Under the pieces are notes generated by a model, which ran no database searches, was not told the DNA's origin, and saw only the letters and a list, made by a program, of their open reading frames with translations. Below, piece by piece: positions 14,201 through 25,733 of a stretch of 64,000 nucleotides of DNA. Positions within the stretch are counted from its first letter, which is position 1. Each line of letters opens with the position of its first letter. Position numbers and translations under genes: made by a program. Source of the stretch: Takakia lepidozioides (lineage: Eukaryota; Plantae; Bryophyta); the NCBI GenBank assembly GCA_030704615.1, contig CM060731.1:84506001-84570000 (forward strand). Direction: 5' to 3'.

Positions 14201-15182
14201 ATCAAACCAGTAACCAAAAGCTGAAAGTCCCTTGGAGAATCATACAATTGGTCCCAAGACATCTGGTCCATACCGCAGAAAGCTTTCTCGAATGAAGGAG
14301 TATTTCCAGTGACGTCCGAATTAGCTCCCCGTCAACCAGAAAGTCAAATGGTTGCAGCTTCTCTGCATTACCAACCCTTCCCCACGAAGGAGTAAGGCTA
14401 TGCCTGGCAAGTAGAGGGGGTGAGAAAATACCACTCGATTAGTATGAATCTCATCAAAAAGTTCCATTATCCACCACTCGATTCCCGTGTGTCCATCAGC
14501 TTTCAATGTGTACTCCTAAGTCAACCCATCTGTCTCGGTGTGTGTCTCTAGAATGCATAAAAACCTCCACATAACGCACTCTCCCCTTCGTGCTCTCTAC
14601 CATAAGCGTTCATCTCTAATGCAGAACAACTTCCACTAGAAACAGTTGTGGTATCTACAATTTACAGTTAAACTGACTTCGACGGAAAAAAGGGACGGAA
14701 AGCAACGAAGTGATGAAAGACACCCAAAACTTAATATGACTTATAACCTTATCGCAAGTACCTCGCCCGAACCCCTGCATATACACTCGAGAATACGATG
14801 TACAAACCAAAACTGACACATTAACAACACCGGAGATTGGCAAGACTGAGAATCATCTATACACTGCCGAACCAGCATGTTACGAGGACAATACTATTTA
14901 GTTCGACTTCAACCCTCTTTCAGTCAGGATTCAAACTGCGCATTTAATTAACCCAACCTTGGCATCGGCACGCATGAAGTGAGAAAGGAAAAGAAAGTAC
15001 GAGGGAATAATACCAAGTCCTAAGAGGGTGTTCACGATTTCCGAGAGGCCATATCGAGTAAGCCTGGATGGCAAAGAAAAGGGCGTGCTGACCACCCGCA
15101 ATGCCGGCAGTAACTTGGTGGTAAATCGTACCTGCACCTGTTTCTCTTCTACCTCCATCTCTGGAACACCATTAACCGTCAT
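8246..15182 (-). CDS. WDR12: Ribosome biogenesis protein WDR12/YTM1 homolog (NLE/UBL domain + WD40), 14 exons; lesions in 3' exons (possible pseudogene or sequence error)
   Basis: GT-AG exons: 15014-15182, 14274-14362, 13885-13991, 13576-13611, 13002-13087, 12761-12825, 12324-12431, 11757-11894, 10463-10609, 9932-10040, 9458-9518, 8954-9028, 8700-8735, 8246-8336. Peptides QVQVRFTTKL, PFDFLVDGELIRTSL, HDDWVSAV, CSGSWD, GGEGSALLAAGGADPVLRIWDPR, HKSWISACKW. In-frame TAA at 10526-10528; frameshifts near 9002 and 8277. Confidence 0.92.
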
Positions 15183-15379
15183 GATGAGGAGGGTCAGAGA
15201 CTATGAAGAGAAGAGGCTAATGGCGAACGGACGTGCACAAAATGAACTCAATGGTTCCAGAGGAAATTCAGCAGGGAATTGAAATGCTGAAGTTGAGGCG
15301 CTCCTGTAGAGAAGCTGAGGTTTAGGGCTTTGTGATACACCTAATGGATGAACATATCGGTGAACGTATTCATTTAGAA

Positions 15380-15521
15380 TGGCACATGTGGTGCCCCATG
15401 TGCCATCCCACATGCCACATGCTTTCAAAAAAAATATAGAGAAATTAATAGATTTGAAGATTCGTTATAAATTACATGGCATGTGGCACCGCATGTGCCA
15501 TCCAGCATGCCACATGCATTC
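15380..15521. repeat. Two ~45-bp direct repeats, each with an ATGTGG-NN-CC(G/C)CAT dyad, upstream of WDR12
   Basis: TGGCACATGTGG-TG-CCCCATGTGCCA at 15380-15405 and CATGTGG-CA-CCGCATG at 15480-15495, each followed by tcc..catgccacatgc. Confidence 0.65.
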
Positions 15522-16195
15522 AGAATATATTTATTTATTTAAAGGGAACGGAGCAGAGAAGCTGCGCAAAGTGCACGTTAAGATGAAGCCATTTGTGACC
15601 CCTGGAGTTATCTCCCTATAAATGGCCCATAAGCTTTTGATGCAACAAGTCTTTGTATCTAATTGCCGGATCCAGTATGTCTTGAATGAGAGGCTTTTGA
15701 AGACATCCTTGAAGAGTTGGCCTATGTGACTGAGCAGCTGCTGCGGTACCACTCTCTCTCCCTGTCTCCAGTCTTCCCCTCTTTTCCCTCATCTCTTCCA
15801 CTGTCCCTGTCTCTCCCTCTTTTCCCTCATCTCTCCCTCTGTCCAATCAGGATGTGGAGAGAGAGGGAGTGCTGAGGGAAAAAGAAAGGAAAAAAAAAGG
15901 TGGGGGGAGTGATTGAGCAGCAGCTGTTTAGTCCCCCCCCCCCCCACATTTCTTTTTTCTTTTTTTTCCCTCATCTCTCCCTCTGTCCAATCAGGATGTG
16001 GAGAGAGAGGGAGAGAGAGGGAGTGTTGAGGGGGAAAAAAAAAAAAGGGAAAAAAAAAGGGAGGGGGCAACTGAGCAAAGCTGCCCTCTCTCCCTCTCTG
16101 TCCCTCTTTTCCCTCATCTCTCCCTCTGTCCCTCTATCATTTCTCTTTTTGTCTCCCTCTTTCCCTCTCCCTCTCTCTCTTCCTCTCTCCCTCTC

Positions 16196-17147
16196 TCCAT
16201 GAACAGTGACACAACTTTTGGTGTGAGCATACAAGTTATGGACAAGTGTCCATATCTTTGGTTGCAATTCCGGGTGTGGTACCGCAAACCCGTCCGCGAG
16301 GTCGACGGGTCGATGATTCCTCACCATCGCATCCTAATTAACACATATGGCCACCATTTCTTTCATTCCTATAAAGAAAAAAAAAATCCCAAAAAGGCCA
16401 GACCACATTCCCGGAGGGCCTGGGATTTTGCCTCAGCACAGAGGGGACTTTCAAATTGATAAACAGAGGCAGAACATCTCTCTGGTGAGAGAACCCAGGA
16501 CAATAAACCCAAAATGATATTCTCTTCATGTTGCCCACACCATGGAAAACTTTAGTGAGACCCAGCGCTTTGCGCTTACCAAATTGAACCATTTTTTGGA
16601 TATGTGAATCCTAATTAGCGTCTATCCTTTGGAACCCAAAACAAAGCCAAAACCTATAATCCAAAACCCAAAACCCAGCACCATAAAGAAAAAAAAAAAA
16701 CCCTACCCCAGTAACCTTAAGGAAAAGAAAAGAAAAACCCTAAGAACCCCAAAAACCATTAAACCCTAAACCCAAAGATAACCCCTTGTTTGCCTACCTT
16801 ACAAGGCTGAGGGAAGGCGTTTCTTTGCGACGTCCAGGGCAGCGCGTCACTGCGATGGGTTTTTTTTATTGCGATGCAGGGTGGTCGCTAGTAAACGCCC
16901 CAATTTAAAAAAAAAAGCGGGGCGCCTCTTGCGACGGTCGGTGTCGCACACAGCCGCCTCGCCTTTTTTTTTTGCTAAGTGCCTGAAGCACCTCCTCTTT
17001 TCCCGCTCTTGCGTAAGGCAGTAGCCCTTCGGGGTGAAATGACTCCATAAGTTACGCTTCCTTGGGGAGGCGTCATACTTTTTTTTCCCCCCTCTTTTTT
17101 GCGGTCAAGCAGGAGTGGAGAGACTAGGGTTTAGGGTGGAGGAGAAA
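16196..17147. mobile_element. Composite non-autonomous repeat, copy 1 (homolog at 49745-50565), containing antisense LINE fragments and GCGAC-N7/8-GTCGC dyads
   Basis: Colinear blocks shared with 49745-50565 (gacgggtcgatg..ttcctcaccatc.catcctaatt; gaccca.cgctttgcg; gggtttagggtggaggagaaa). 16196-16260 and 16543-16617 are reverse complements of LINE segments 36624-36688 and 37078-37154. Confidence 0.75.
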
Positions 17148-17699
17148 TGAACCTGATGTGAAGCGCCCGAGCTGCTTGCAAGGTCGAGAGGAGAATCAAG
17201 GCGCCGGGTGTCCCTATGTTCTTGCCATAAATTTCATTTGGTGCATGCAGCTGCATTTGATCCAGAGCTACACTCTGTACTGGAGCTGGCCAGTGATGCT
17301 GAGCTGTTTGAACTGTCGAACATTCTCTATGGACAGAGGTGTTTCCCCTCACCCTCACTGTTTTCTGTCTTCCGTAAGTAATTTGCCTCCTGATTGGGTG
17401 AGAACTTGTAGAAGCAGATATTTGGTTTGCATGGGCAACTGATTTTTTGGATTACCTGAAGCATGGCCGTGTGCTACATGAGGTAGGCAGTTCATTCACC
17501 CCAGGTTTTATGCTGTTCCATGACATTGCATTTTCTTGATGTGAGAGACTTTGACGCTTGGTTTGAATGGAGAGTATGTGGCAGAGGAGAGATTATTGGA
17601 GAGAGCTTACTGGAAAATTAGATTGGCTGACATTAGTGTTGGTGATGGGCAGCCTGCTGAGCCTGCTGCTGAAGTCAGTGGCACCAGGAGATGGGTCCA

Positions 17700-17925
17700 G
17701 CAGGGGCAGCATTGTAGACGTTATGCAGGAGTACAAGCACAAAGGCCGAGATGCACAGCTGAACGAGATGTGGTGTCATGGAATGCGATGCTTGCAAGGT
17801 GTGCAGAGCAGGGGTGCGGGATGGGGCTTTGGAGACCTATGAGCAAATGACGGGGCCGGAAGGGGTGAAGCTCGACCACATCATATTTGTGTGCGTTTGC
17901 AGTGCGTGTACAACGTTTGGAATCA
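17700..17925 (+). pseudogene. PLS-class pentatricopeptide repeat (PPR) gene fragment
   Basis: GSIVDV...ERDVVSWNAML...EQG.G...EGVKLDHIIFVCVCSAC spread across frames, typical S/P/L PPR motifs; frameshifted. Confidence 0.7.
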
Positions 17926-19341
17926 CGCTTGTGGACTTTAGCTGCTGATGCCAAGGCCACTCTTAGGTGAACAAGGAATGCAGTTGCCTTGGATCTTCAT
18001 TTCCTTGGCTATGTTGTTGATGGTTTGACTGTAGGTGTCGTAGTTTCAGTATGGTGGCTGTATGCCTTGAGGGTTGCTCATATGGATTGAGCTTGGACTC
18101 AACCTACTACATTGCTTACCAAATCAATCTGTCGGACAGTAGGGTCCACACTTGGATGGTGCTAGTAGGTGACAGTAGGGCTCAATAGGGCCCAATTTCC
18201 ATGTCTGCAATAAGTTCAAACCTGGGGTTCCACAGGGATCAATAACATGTTGGGTTGTTGGTTGGCTTTGATGGATGCATGGGAGGCCATTTCAACATCT
18301 TTTTTTGCTGGGGTTGCCACTAAGAGCCAGAGACTCAGAAGTTAAAGCTTTGAGCTCTTGCAGGCTATAGATGATTGAGTCTGTACTAAGCTGCAGCTTG
18401 CCTCCACACCAAAGGAGTTAGCAAATGAGCAGGGTAGACAGGGCTCAGAGGTGGGGTGTTGAAAACAAGAGCTGCTGTGTTTGACCAGCTCACTACCAGT
18501 CTTGAAGCAGCTTGGACTAAACTGCGGAAAGAAGGTGATAATCCTCTTTCAGCATCTACCCTAATGTTGTATTCCAATGTTGGGGCTCGTGATCTGATAA
18601 ACTGATACAATAAAATAAACTGATGTTGTAAGGATTGAAAAACTCAGGAGGGAAGGTCTCTTTTTAAGAGTACATGACTTCTCTTTCCCAATTCCAATGT
18701 CGCAATCACTGCAAATTGACAGAAAAATCAAGTGGTAGCTGGGCTGGCTGAGTTGAGCTGGGCTGAGCTGGGCTGGTTCGCAACTGGATTACCCAAAAAT
18801 GGATTTCTCTTTCCCAATTCCAAGGTCGCAATCACTGCAATTTGACAGAAAAATCATTGCTGCATAACTAAGGTCATCATGGATAAGAGTCTACTTGGGT
18901 ATGCAAGTCAAACCAGACCAGCCTACAAAGCTGTCCAGCAAAATGCTCAAACATCATTTTTGCAACAGCCTGGGATTGGAGGAACCCAGTTGCCCCACCC
19001 TGCAAAAGCAAATGCTGAACCTTTCATACATTACTTTGAAGTATATCCAATCTGACATGTGCTAAATCCAACTGATGGTATCCAAGAGACATATCAGGAG
19101 CATAGGTTGGGTGAGGCGGCCATTGGTATGGCCACTTAGTGGGAAAAATAGTTTATTTGATGCCCAAGAGACTCCAGCTTGTGGACTCTCAATTTACCTT
19201 TGTACTTGTAGGTTGACAGGTGCTAGTTAGCAATTGTTGCTTAAGCAGACATGTGCAGTAAAGCTGCAAATCCAAATCTCGTTCCAAATCGTAAGTTGAT
19301 TTCTTGGTGGGATACAAAGGGAATTGTGAATCCGAAACAAA

Positions 19342-20732
19342 ATGCGGCAACGAAGTGAAGTAGGATCTGTGATCTTGTTCAATTCGAAAAACGAGGATGA
19401 TAATTGGATTCCCATGAAGGTGGAGAGTAACGCTTGGGTCGCATTGATGTCGGGTAGAAGAGGCGATCATGCTAAAGATTCATTGAAGCGCGGCGGAACT
19501 TCTACAACAGAGAGGGCGTACAAGGCGAAGCTGCTGAAGTTTTGTTTCGAAGGTGGATCCACAGTGGTATCCAAAATCTGCGCTCAACATGCTTACATGC
19601 AACGGCAACTCGATTTGCCTCCAGATGCAGCTTTTGGCGGAGGCGCTTGCAATTGTAAGTTGTCTAAGATCCTCATAAATTTACATTATTTGCTGTCAAG
19701 TTCACCTTGTATTGTGCATAGTGGAACAACTATATGATGAGGATGAGGTTTTATTGCAGACCTATACCTTTCCACGTTTGAAGATTGGATTGATCCGAAG
19801 AGTATAATGGACGTTTTGTATGTGGTGCACGCCGAAGTGGGTGAGGCTTGCCGTGGAAATCGAACGCACAAGGAGCTTCTGCGCGATCATGTGTACTTCT
19901 ACAATGCATTTTACACCCCACGCAATGGTAGATCCGAGTTTGGAACAGTGCAGCCGATCCCTCTTCCTGGTTTTAGTGACCCAGCTTGGCCATTACCGGA
20001 CATGGCGACCAGTGAGTATTTCAGACTTAAGTTGCGGTCTGATTTCTTATCCTCTATGAAACCCAGAACAGGAAGCAAATCAACCCACTTACAATGGTTT
20101 ATGCCAATTGGAGTAATGGTAGATCTATTTTCCGTGGCTAGCAGTATCTCTAAGAGCAATACCTTGTTCACTTTCAAAGAACCATGTGAGAAGCTGTTGG
20201 AATCACTGATGGATAGTGAATGGGATACAAAAATCACCATTGGAGCAGATGTCATTAGATGTGTTGTCGATCGTTCAACACTGAGATTCAAATATCACAT
20301 TGGCCGATCTGCTTTATACGCCACATTTCAATTCAATCGGCAACGCATGATATCCGAAAACAAATGGGAGACGATGGATCAGGTTCAGTCTGTGGAGATG
20401 GTCAGCTTATGTTGTGAATATGAAGCAAGACAACAAGAAATTGAGGTTAGGCGACAGTGGTCAATGTCAAGCATTCGACATGAGATTGCGATTGCTTTTG
20501 GATCAGACATTCCTGAGGACTTCACGATCTTGGTGGATGAGGATGGGATCAAGTCTAAAAAGGTATGTGGAATTTGGTATGTGAAATCATGGTAATCCAT
20601 TCACAGCTTCAAATGTTATGACAACTTCTGACAAAATTACATGTTTCTTGTTGACAGGTAAACATCAGAGATGAGAAGTACACAGCTGCCGATGTGCTGC
20701 CTCCGAAACGACTACGACTTGTGGCAAATTAA
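19342..20732 (+). CDS. Uncharacterised 3-exon gene (~396 aa), possible BAH-like N-terminal and ubiquitin/PB1-like C-terminal domains; possibly TE cargo
   Basis: Exons 19342-19654, 19760-20562 and 20658-20732 join in frame via canonical gtaagt..ttgcag and gtatgt..gacag introns and end at TAA. YKAKLLKF..HAYMQR..YLYLSTFEDWIDPKSIMD..VYFYNAFY resembles BAH spacing. Start codon uncertain. Confidence 0.6.
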
Positions 20733-20747
20733 TCTTGATGTGTAGCC

Positions 20748-21001
20748 TTAGAGTTAGGGTTAGTCCGTGGGCTGTGATAATGGTGACATCTGTAACATTT
20801 GGTGACATTTAGTCTTAGAGTTAGGGTTGTGGAGCATTAGGATAACATTATGTGACATTTTAGGTGACATTTTAGGTGACATTTTAGGTGATATTTTAAC
20901 CTTTGTTATGTGAATAGTACTACGTTTGTTGGTTGAGAGTTATGGCTATGGAGCATTAGGATAACATTATGTGACATTTTAGCTGACATTTTAACCTTTG
21001 T
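20748..21001. repeat. Degenerate tandem repeats (gtgacattttag units; duplicated tggagcattaggataacattatgtgacattttag)
   Basis: Direct inspection: blocks at ~20830-20863 and ~20949-20982, with 12-bp units between them. Confidence 0.75.
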
Positions 21002-22122
21002 TAAAAGGGGGTATGACCAAAAATATTACCTTTGTTGAGCGAATAATATTTAGAATTCGAACCCAGGATCTTGTGTTTGATATAGTGTCGAGGGATGCCA
21101 TGGTAACCAAGAATGCTGTAATGATCCACTAATAACATTATGACTTTATTTGTACTTAACCAAAAAAAATAAAAATAAAAAATAAAAAATAAAAAATGGA
21201 CTCTTGGAAAGTACTTGTAACTGTCTTTGTACTTAATGCTTAAAGCCATTTTAAGCTCCAGTTTAGTCAAGTTGCACTTTCCAGATGAGATTGAATGGAT
21301 GGATGTTTGGGTCTTGGCTGGGTGCACAGATTGATTTGGGGTCTTGCTTCTCTTTTCGTGCTCCTCTCTTAACTTAGAGAGGGAGAGTGTGTGCGGACTT
21401 TTAGAGAGGGAGAATGCGGTGACTCCGTCCCGCCCCCCCTGAGCAGCAAGTCCAGGCGCTTAGTATGTCTGGGGGGCAGAGGATGTGGCGCATGCGGCTA
21501 CGGCTGCAGCTTCAGGTTCATACTAGTTAGGCTCAGTTCTGCGCATCAAGAGATGAAAGGTTCCATGTCCTCATCTTTCGAGCGGTGCTGTCCTTCGAGC
21601 AGTGCTGTCCTCATCATGCTTGGCAGGGATCTTGGAGCATGCTGGGCCAAGTTGGGTTTGAATGCGCCAATGACATGACAGGCTGGAGTCGAGTAGTTGC
21701 ATGGTTGAACATTAAAAAGGTGGGTAAGGGTCACATCAAAGAAAACTGTCTCTCTAGAACCAGGGTAACATTACTCTCCTCCCTCCAGTTTATTGTCATG
21801 TGGTCAAGTGCTGGAAGATCTCTGCTTAAGATGTTGTAATCATCAAGTCCATGGAGAGCAAGGTAACAAAACACAATAGCCCTACTAGTCCACTTCAACT
21901 GAAGATCCATTAATAATACGTTGTATGATGGCAGCATGTCTGACAGACTTACAGGAGCCCCCAGCAGAACAGAGGCAGTCGATATTCCGGGGTTGATGTG
22001 GCTTAAACACGACTTCACGGCTGTGCTTCGAATCACCGATTCAAATTCGTTTTCATGAGGTGCATGGTCGCGTGGTGCTCATGATCAAAGAAAAACTGAT
22101 CAATGTAGCTTGAACTTTCCAC

Positions 22123-22923
22123 TCATTGATCGCAGATAAGCCCAAGCAGAAAACGAAAACGATTGAACTTGTCGGCTGCTGCTGGTAGAGCTTTTGTAAG
22201 GATATCTGCGATCTGGTCATGAGTGCCAATGTACCACAGTTGAACCAAGCGACGGATCTGAAAATCACGAATCATGTGATAGCGTATGTCGATATGCTTG
22301 GTTCGACGATGGTACTCGGGGTTGTACACAAGCCTTATAGCACTCTGGTTATCACCAAAAATCGTGGTAGGAGTAGTCTGTGGAAACCCAATGTCCTCCA
22401 ACAGTCTCCTCAGCCACACAACTTCCTTTGATGTCAGTGATGCAGCGACATATTCTGCTTCAGTAGTCGATCCAGCTACACATGCCTGCTTACGGCTAAT
22501 CCAGGTAACTGGTGCTCCGTTCAGAAAAACAAGGCACCCACTTCTCGACTTCCTGTCATCGACATCTCCTACAAAATCAGCATCCATCAAAGTGTTCTAA
22601 CTTGAAATGGGATGTACCTCGCAGATACTTCATGACCCTTCTGACAGCATTGCAATGTACATGCTTCGGCTTGGTACAGAATTTTGCAACTGTTCCCACA
22701 GCAAATGTGATATCAGGACGACTCCCTAGCATTGCAAACATGATGCTCCCAACAATCTCAAAAAATGGAAAATCTGGTTCTTCATTTTCAAGATGAGCAT
22801 CCAGTTCAATTGCACATTGGAATCCATGGGTGTAGAGGCAGTGTTGGCTATATCAAAACCATATTTCACAAGTATGCGCAAAATATACTGAGTTTGATCA
22901 ATGAAGATCATCCTGTGAAGCCT
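22123..22923 (-). mobile_element. Ty1/copia pol remnant (RT C-terminus + RNase H)
   Basis: IDQTQYILRIL, SRPDI, DADFVGDVDDRKSRSG, WISRKQ..STTEAEY, DNQSAI, RTKHIDIRYH, QIADILTKAL; frameshifted and truncated upstream at the gypsy LTR. Confidence 0.92.
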
Positions 22924-22927
22924 TAAG

Positions 22928-23383
22928 ACAAGCCTGAAGCATATACTCATTTCCTCTCAAGAAGCGAACTTGCACAACAAAGGGGCAAGCGGAAAGAGCA
23001 AGCAGTGTGCGAGAGGAGGATCAAACACACGAATCAGACACTAAGCAGCGCTCATCCAAAAACTTGTACACCCAAATCACATATACAGCAACACCCGAGT
23101 ACACCGCCCTGACCTTGTGTCAGGGCGCCGTCTTTATACAAAAGCCCTAACCTTAATGGCCCGCCGCGTGGCGAGGCATTATAGGCCCAAGCCCATGGTG
23201 TTGCCTTGCAGCCCTGGATCTAACGAAGGGCCAGGATAAAGCCACCAGCCTAAACTAACCCTAACCTAAACATCATTGTAACGGATTAACGACTTTATAC
23301 GCCAAATAAATATACGATGAATGTGTATCGCCGTTTTGGATGAAACGGGTAAATCTGTGATGAGGAAAGTTTGGGGCATCACA
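22928..23383 (-). repeat. 3' LTR of gypsy element 1 (truncated by ~230 bp)
   Basis: Near-identical direct repeat of 31944-32396; begins TGTGATGCCCC on the minus strand. Confidence 0.88.
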
Positions 23384-23708
23384 TCTGTGAAGCCTACCCC
23401 CCACGAAAAATCCTGAGCTCCGCGAAGTACAATATAAGAAATAACAAGTAAATGTTTGGGGAGAAAATCACCCTCCACTGCTGGGTGAAAAACCTACCAA
23501 AGGAAAACCGTTGCAGGGAGTACACGTGGTGGCTAGGAAAACCGTGCAGGGAGTACACGTGGTGACATATCATAGGTCTACAAAATGCATCAAGAGCTAG
23601 AACAAAAGGCCAGAGCCGCAAGCTAACACTAATCCATCGAGGAAGCCAATCTGAAGAAGATCAAGACATCATTCCACCGTACGTCCCTCCACATTGATGC
23701 ACGTAAGA

Positions 23709-25028
23709 TCAAAGACTAGCTCGGAATGCACCATCCGTGAGAGAAACGGGTTCATCATGCACGTGAACATTGAACCCCTGTGGAAGAAGGAGAGCACGTC
23801 GCCCATGTAAAAGCTCATAGATCAAGTATGGACCGTCGATCTTAAGCTTAGATTTGCATGCATGCTTGCCATGTTGCAGCCGAATGCACACGGTCTGTCC
23901 CACCTGAAAAAGGTTAGAATACTTGACACGCTTGTTAAAATTACGGGCTTGGGTGAGCTGAGCCTTACCAATGTTCGTCTTGGCATCATGGATGGACACC
24001 GCATGCCGAGCATGAAGATCCTCAACAAAGGTCTCAAGATCAACTGGCTCAGCTACAGTAGAAATAAGAGGGGTAGAATGCAAAGGAGAAACACACTTGC
24101 GACCATACAACAACTCAAAAGGAGTCTTCTTAGTGCTAGCATGCACGGCGGTGCGATAAGCAAAGAGAATAGGGGGAAGAAAGGTATCCCACTCCCTGGT
24201 AAGTGCGCCATTCTTCTCCAACATGCGGCAAAGAGTTTGGTTGAAGCGTTCCGTAAGGCCATTGGTCTGGGGATGGTATGGGGCTGTGGTGGAATGCTTG
24301 ACACCAAAGTTGAAGCACACCACCATGAGGAGCTGGTTACAAAACTCCTTGCCCTGATCCGTTAGTATCTCCCGAGGACACCTATGTCGCATAAGGATCT
24401 CATTGAAGAAGAACTGAGCTACAACATCAATAGCCTTGGAACGCAAAGGCCGGACTTCTACCCACTTAGTCAAGTAGTCGGTAGCAACACAAAGGTAGCT
24501 TCGACCCTTTGATGTGAGTGCGAGGGGTCCTACCAAGTCAATGCCAACACGAGCAAAAGCATGGGTGACAGACAAAGGCTGCAGCTCATACAAGATCCGG
24601 GCCCTAGGGAGAGCAATGTTAGCACGACAACCTTCACATTTAGAGATGAACTCGGCGACGTCTCGGTGAATTCCCAGCCAATAGTATACCTCTTGGATGC
24701 GGGCCGCAGTTTTCTTGATACCAAGATGACCTGCATACAAGGAACAATGGAAACGCTCCAATAAAGCATTCAGCTGGCTCCGTGGTGGCACCTCCAAGTA
24801 GCATGGCACTCCTCCTCTAGTGAGCTCCTTGAAAGGCTTATCACCCATAAAACGGTGAGTAGACACATGATAGAGAATTTGTTTACGCAAGGACTCGGAA
24901 AGGCCAGCTGGCAAACGCCCTGATTGGCATTGCTGGAGTAGCGCAGCATATAACTGATCATCCATGACTACACTGCACATAAGAGGTAGACAATGGGTTT
25001 TAGAGAAGGTGGTCTGGAGTGCATGCAC
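23709..25028 (-). CDS. Gypsy integrase (H2C2 + DDE core + GPY-like motif)
   Basis: HCSLYAGHLG..CEGC; VGIDLVGP, ILTDQGKEF, NGLTERFN; KIDGPYLI. Confidence 0.92.
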   Translation of the reverse strand: MHALQTTFSKTHCLPLMCSVVMDDQLYAALLQQCQSGRLPAGLSESLRKQILYHVSTHRFMGDKPFKELTRGGVPCYLEVPPRSQLNALLERFHCSLYAGHLGIKKTAARIQEVYYWLGIHRDVAEFISKCEGCRANIALPRARILYELQPLSVTHAFARVGIDLVGPLALTSKGRSYLCVATDYLTKWVEVRPLRSKAIDVVAQFFFNEILMRHRCPREILTDQGKEFCNQLLMVVCFNFGVKHSTTAPYHPQTNGLTERFNQTLCRMLEKNGALTREWDTFLPPILFAYRTAVHASTKKTPFELLYGRKCVSPLHSTPLISTVAEPVDLETFVEDLHARHAVSIHDAKTNIGKAQLTQARNFNKRVKYSNLFQVGQTVCIRLQHGKHACKSKLKIDGPYLIYELLHGRRALLLPQGFNVHVHDEPVSLTDGAFRASL

Positions 25029-25733
25029 CTATGATCTCTAGCCAGGGATACCTTCACCTCATTTGTTATTACTCATGGACAGCCAAATCAGGCTTTGAGG
25101 CTCAAGCCAATAGTCACACCGGAGTGCAGCAGCCGAAAACACAACAAACTCGGGAGCCTATGAAAGAGAAGGACTAAAACACAACAAGGAACTTCCACCA
25201 AATCTTGTCCGAATTCTCGCAAAGCGATAGAGCCACCACACATGCTAACACATGAATGAATCAGCCAGGATCATCCAATAGGCTGGACCAACCCCAAGCA
25301 GACAATATGCCATGGGAATCCAGGGCCAAGGGTTGCTGATCTGCACAAAGAAGGTTGAGAAGAGGGGCAGCATCAGCAGCAACAAGGTCATCCAAGGTGA
25401 GCATAGGCCTGCTGACAGGAGGATCAATCCGTGTAAGAGAATCAAAATTCGTGTTTTCCTTGCCCTTCTTGTAGACTATATCCATGTCAAACTCCTGCAG
25501 ATACAGAGCCCATCGAGCAAGTCTGCCATGAAGTTCCATAGGCTTAACAAGAGCTTTTAGTGGAAGATGATCTACAAACCGGCTACCATGCAAATATTGC
25601 CGAAAATGCTTCACCCCAAAGACCAGGGCCAGACCCTCCTTATCAGATATGGAATAATTCCTTTCATGACGATCTAGATGACGGGATGCATAAGCTATGA
25701 CATGCTCCTTGACATAAGATTGCAGAGATGGCA

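Noticed and set aside
15780-16200. Long ORFs on both strands
   Set aside because: Low-complexity CT/GA tracts with local duplications; not credible coding sequence.
16740-16775. Interstitial telomere tract (AAACCCT-like)
   Set aside because: Only one or two imperfect units within a repeat; not an array.
17015-17045. Hammerhead ribozyme (stem-UUCG-stem followed by GAAA)
   Set aside because: The required CUGANGA core is absent upstream.
18678-18856. 53-bp direct duplication separated by GCTGG/GCTGA repeats
   Set aside because: A simple local duplication with no link to the 53-bp palindrome array and no other supporting structure.
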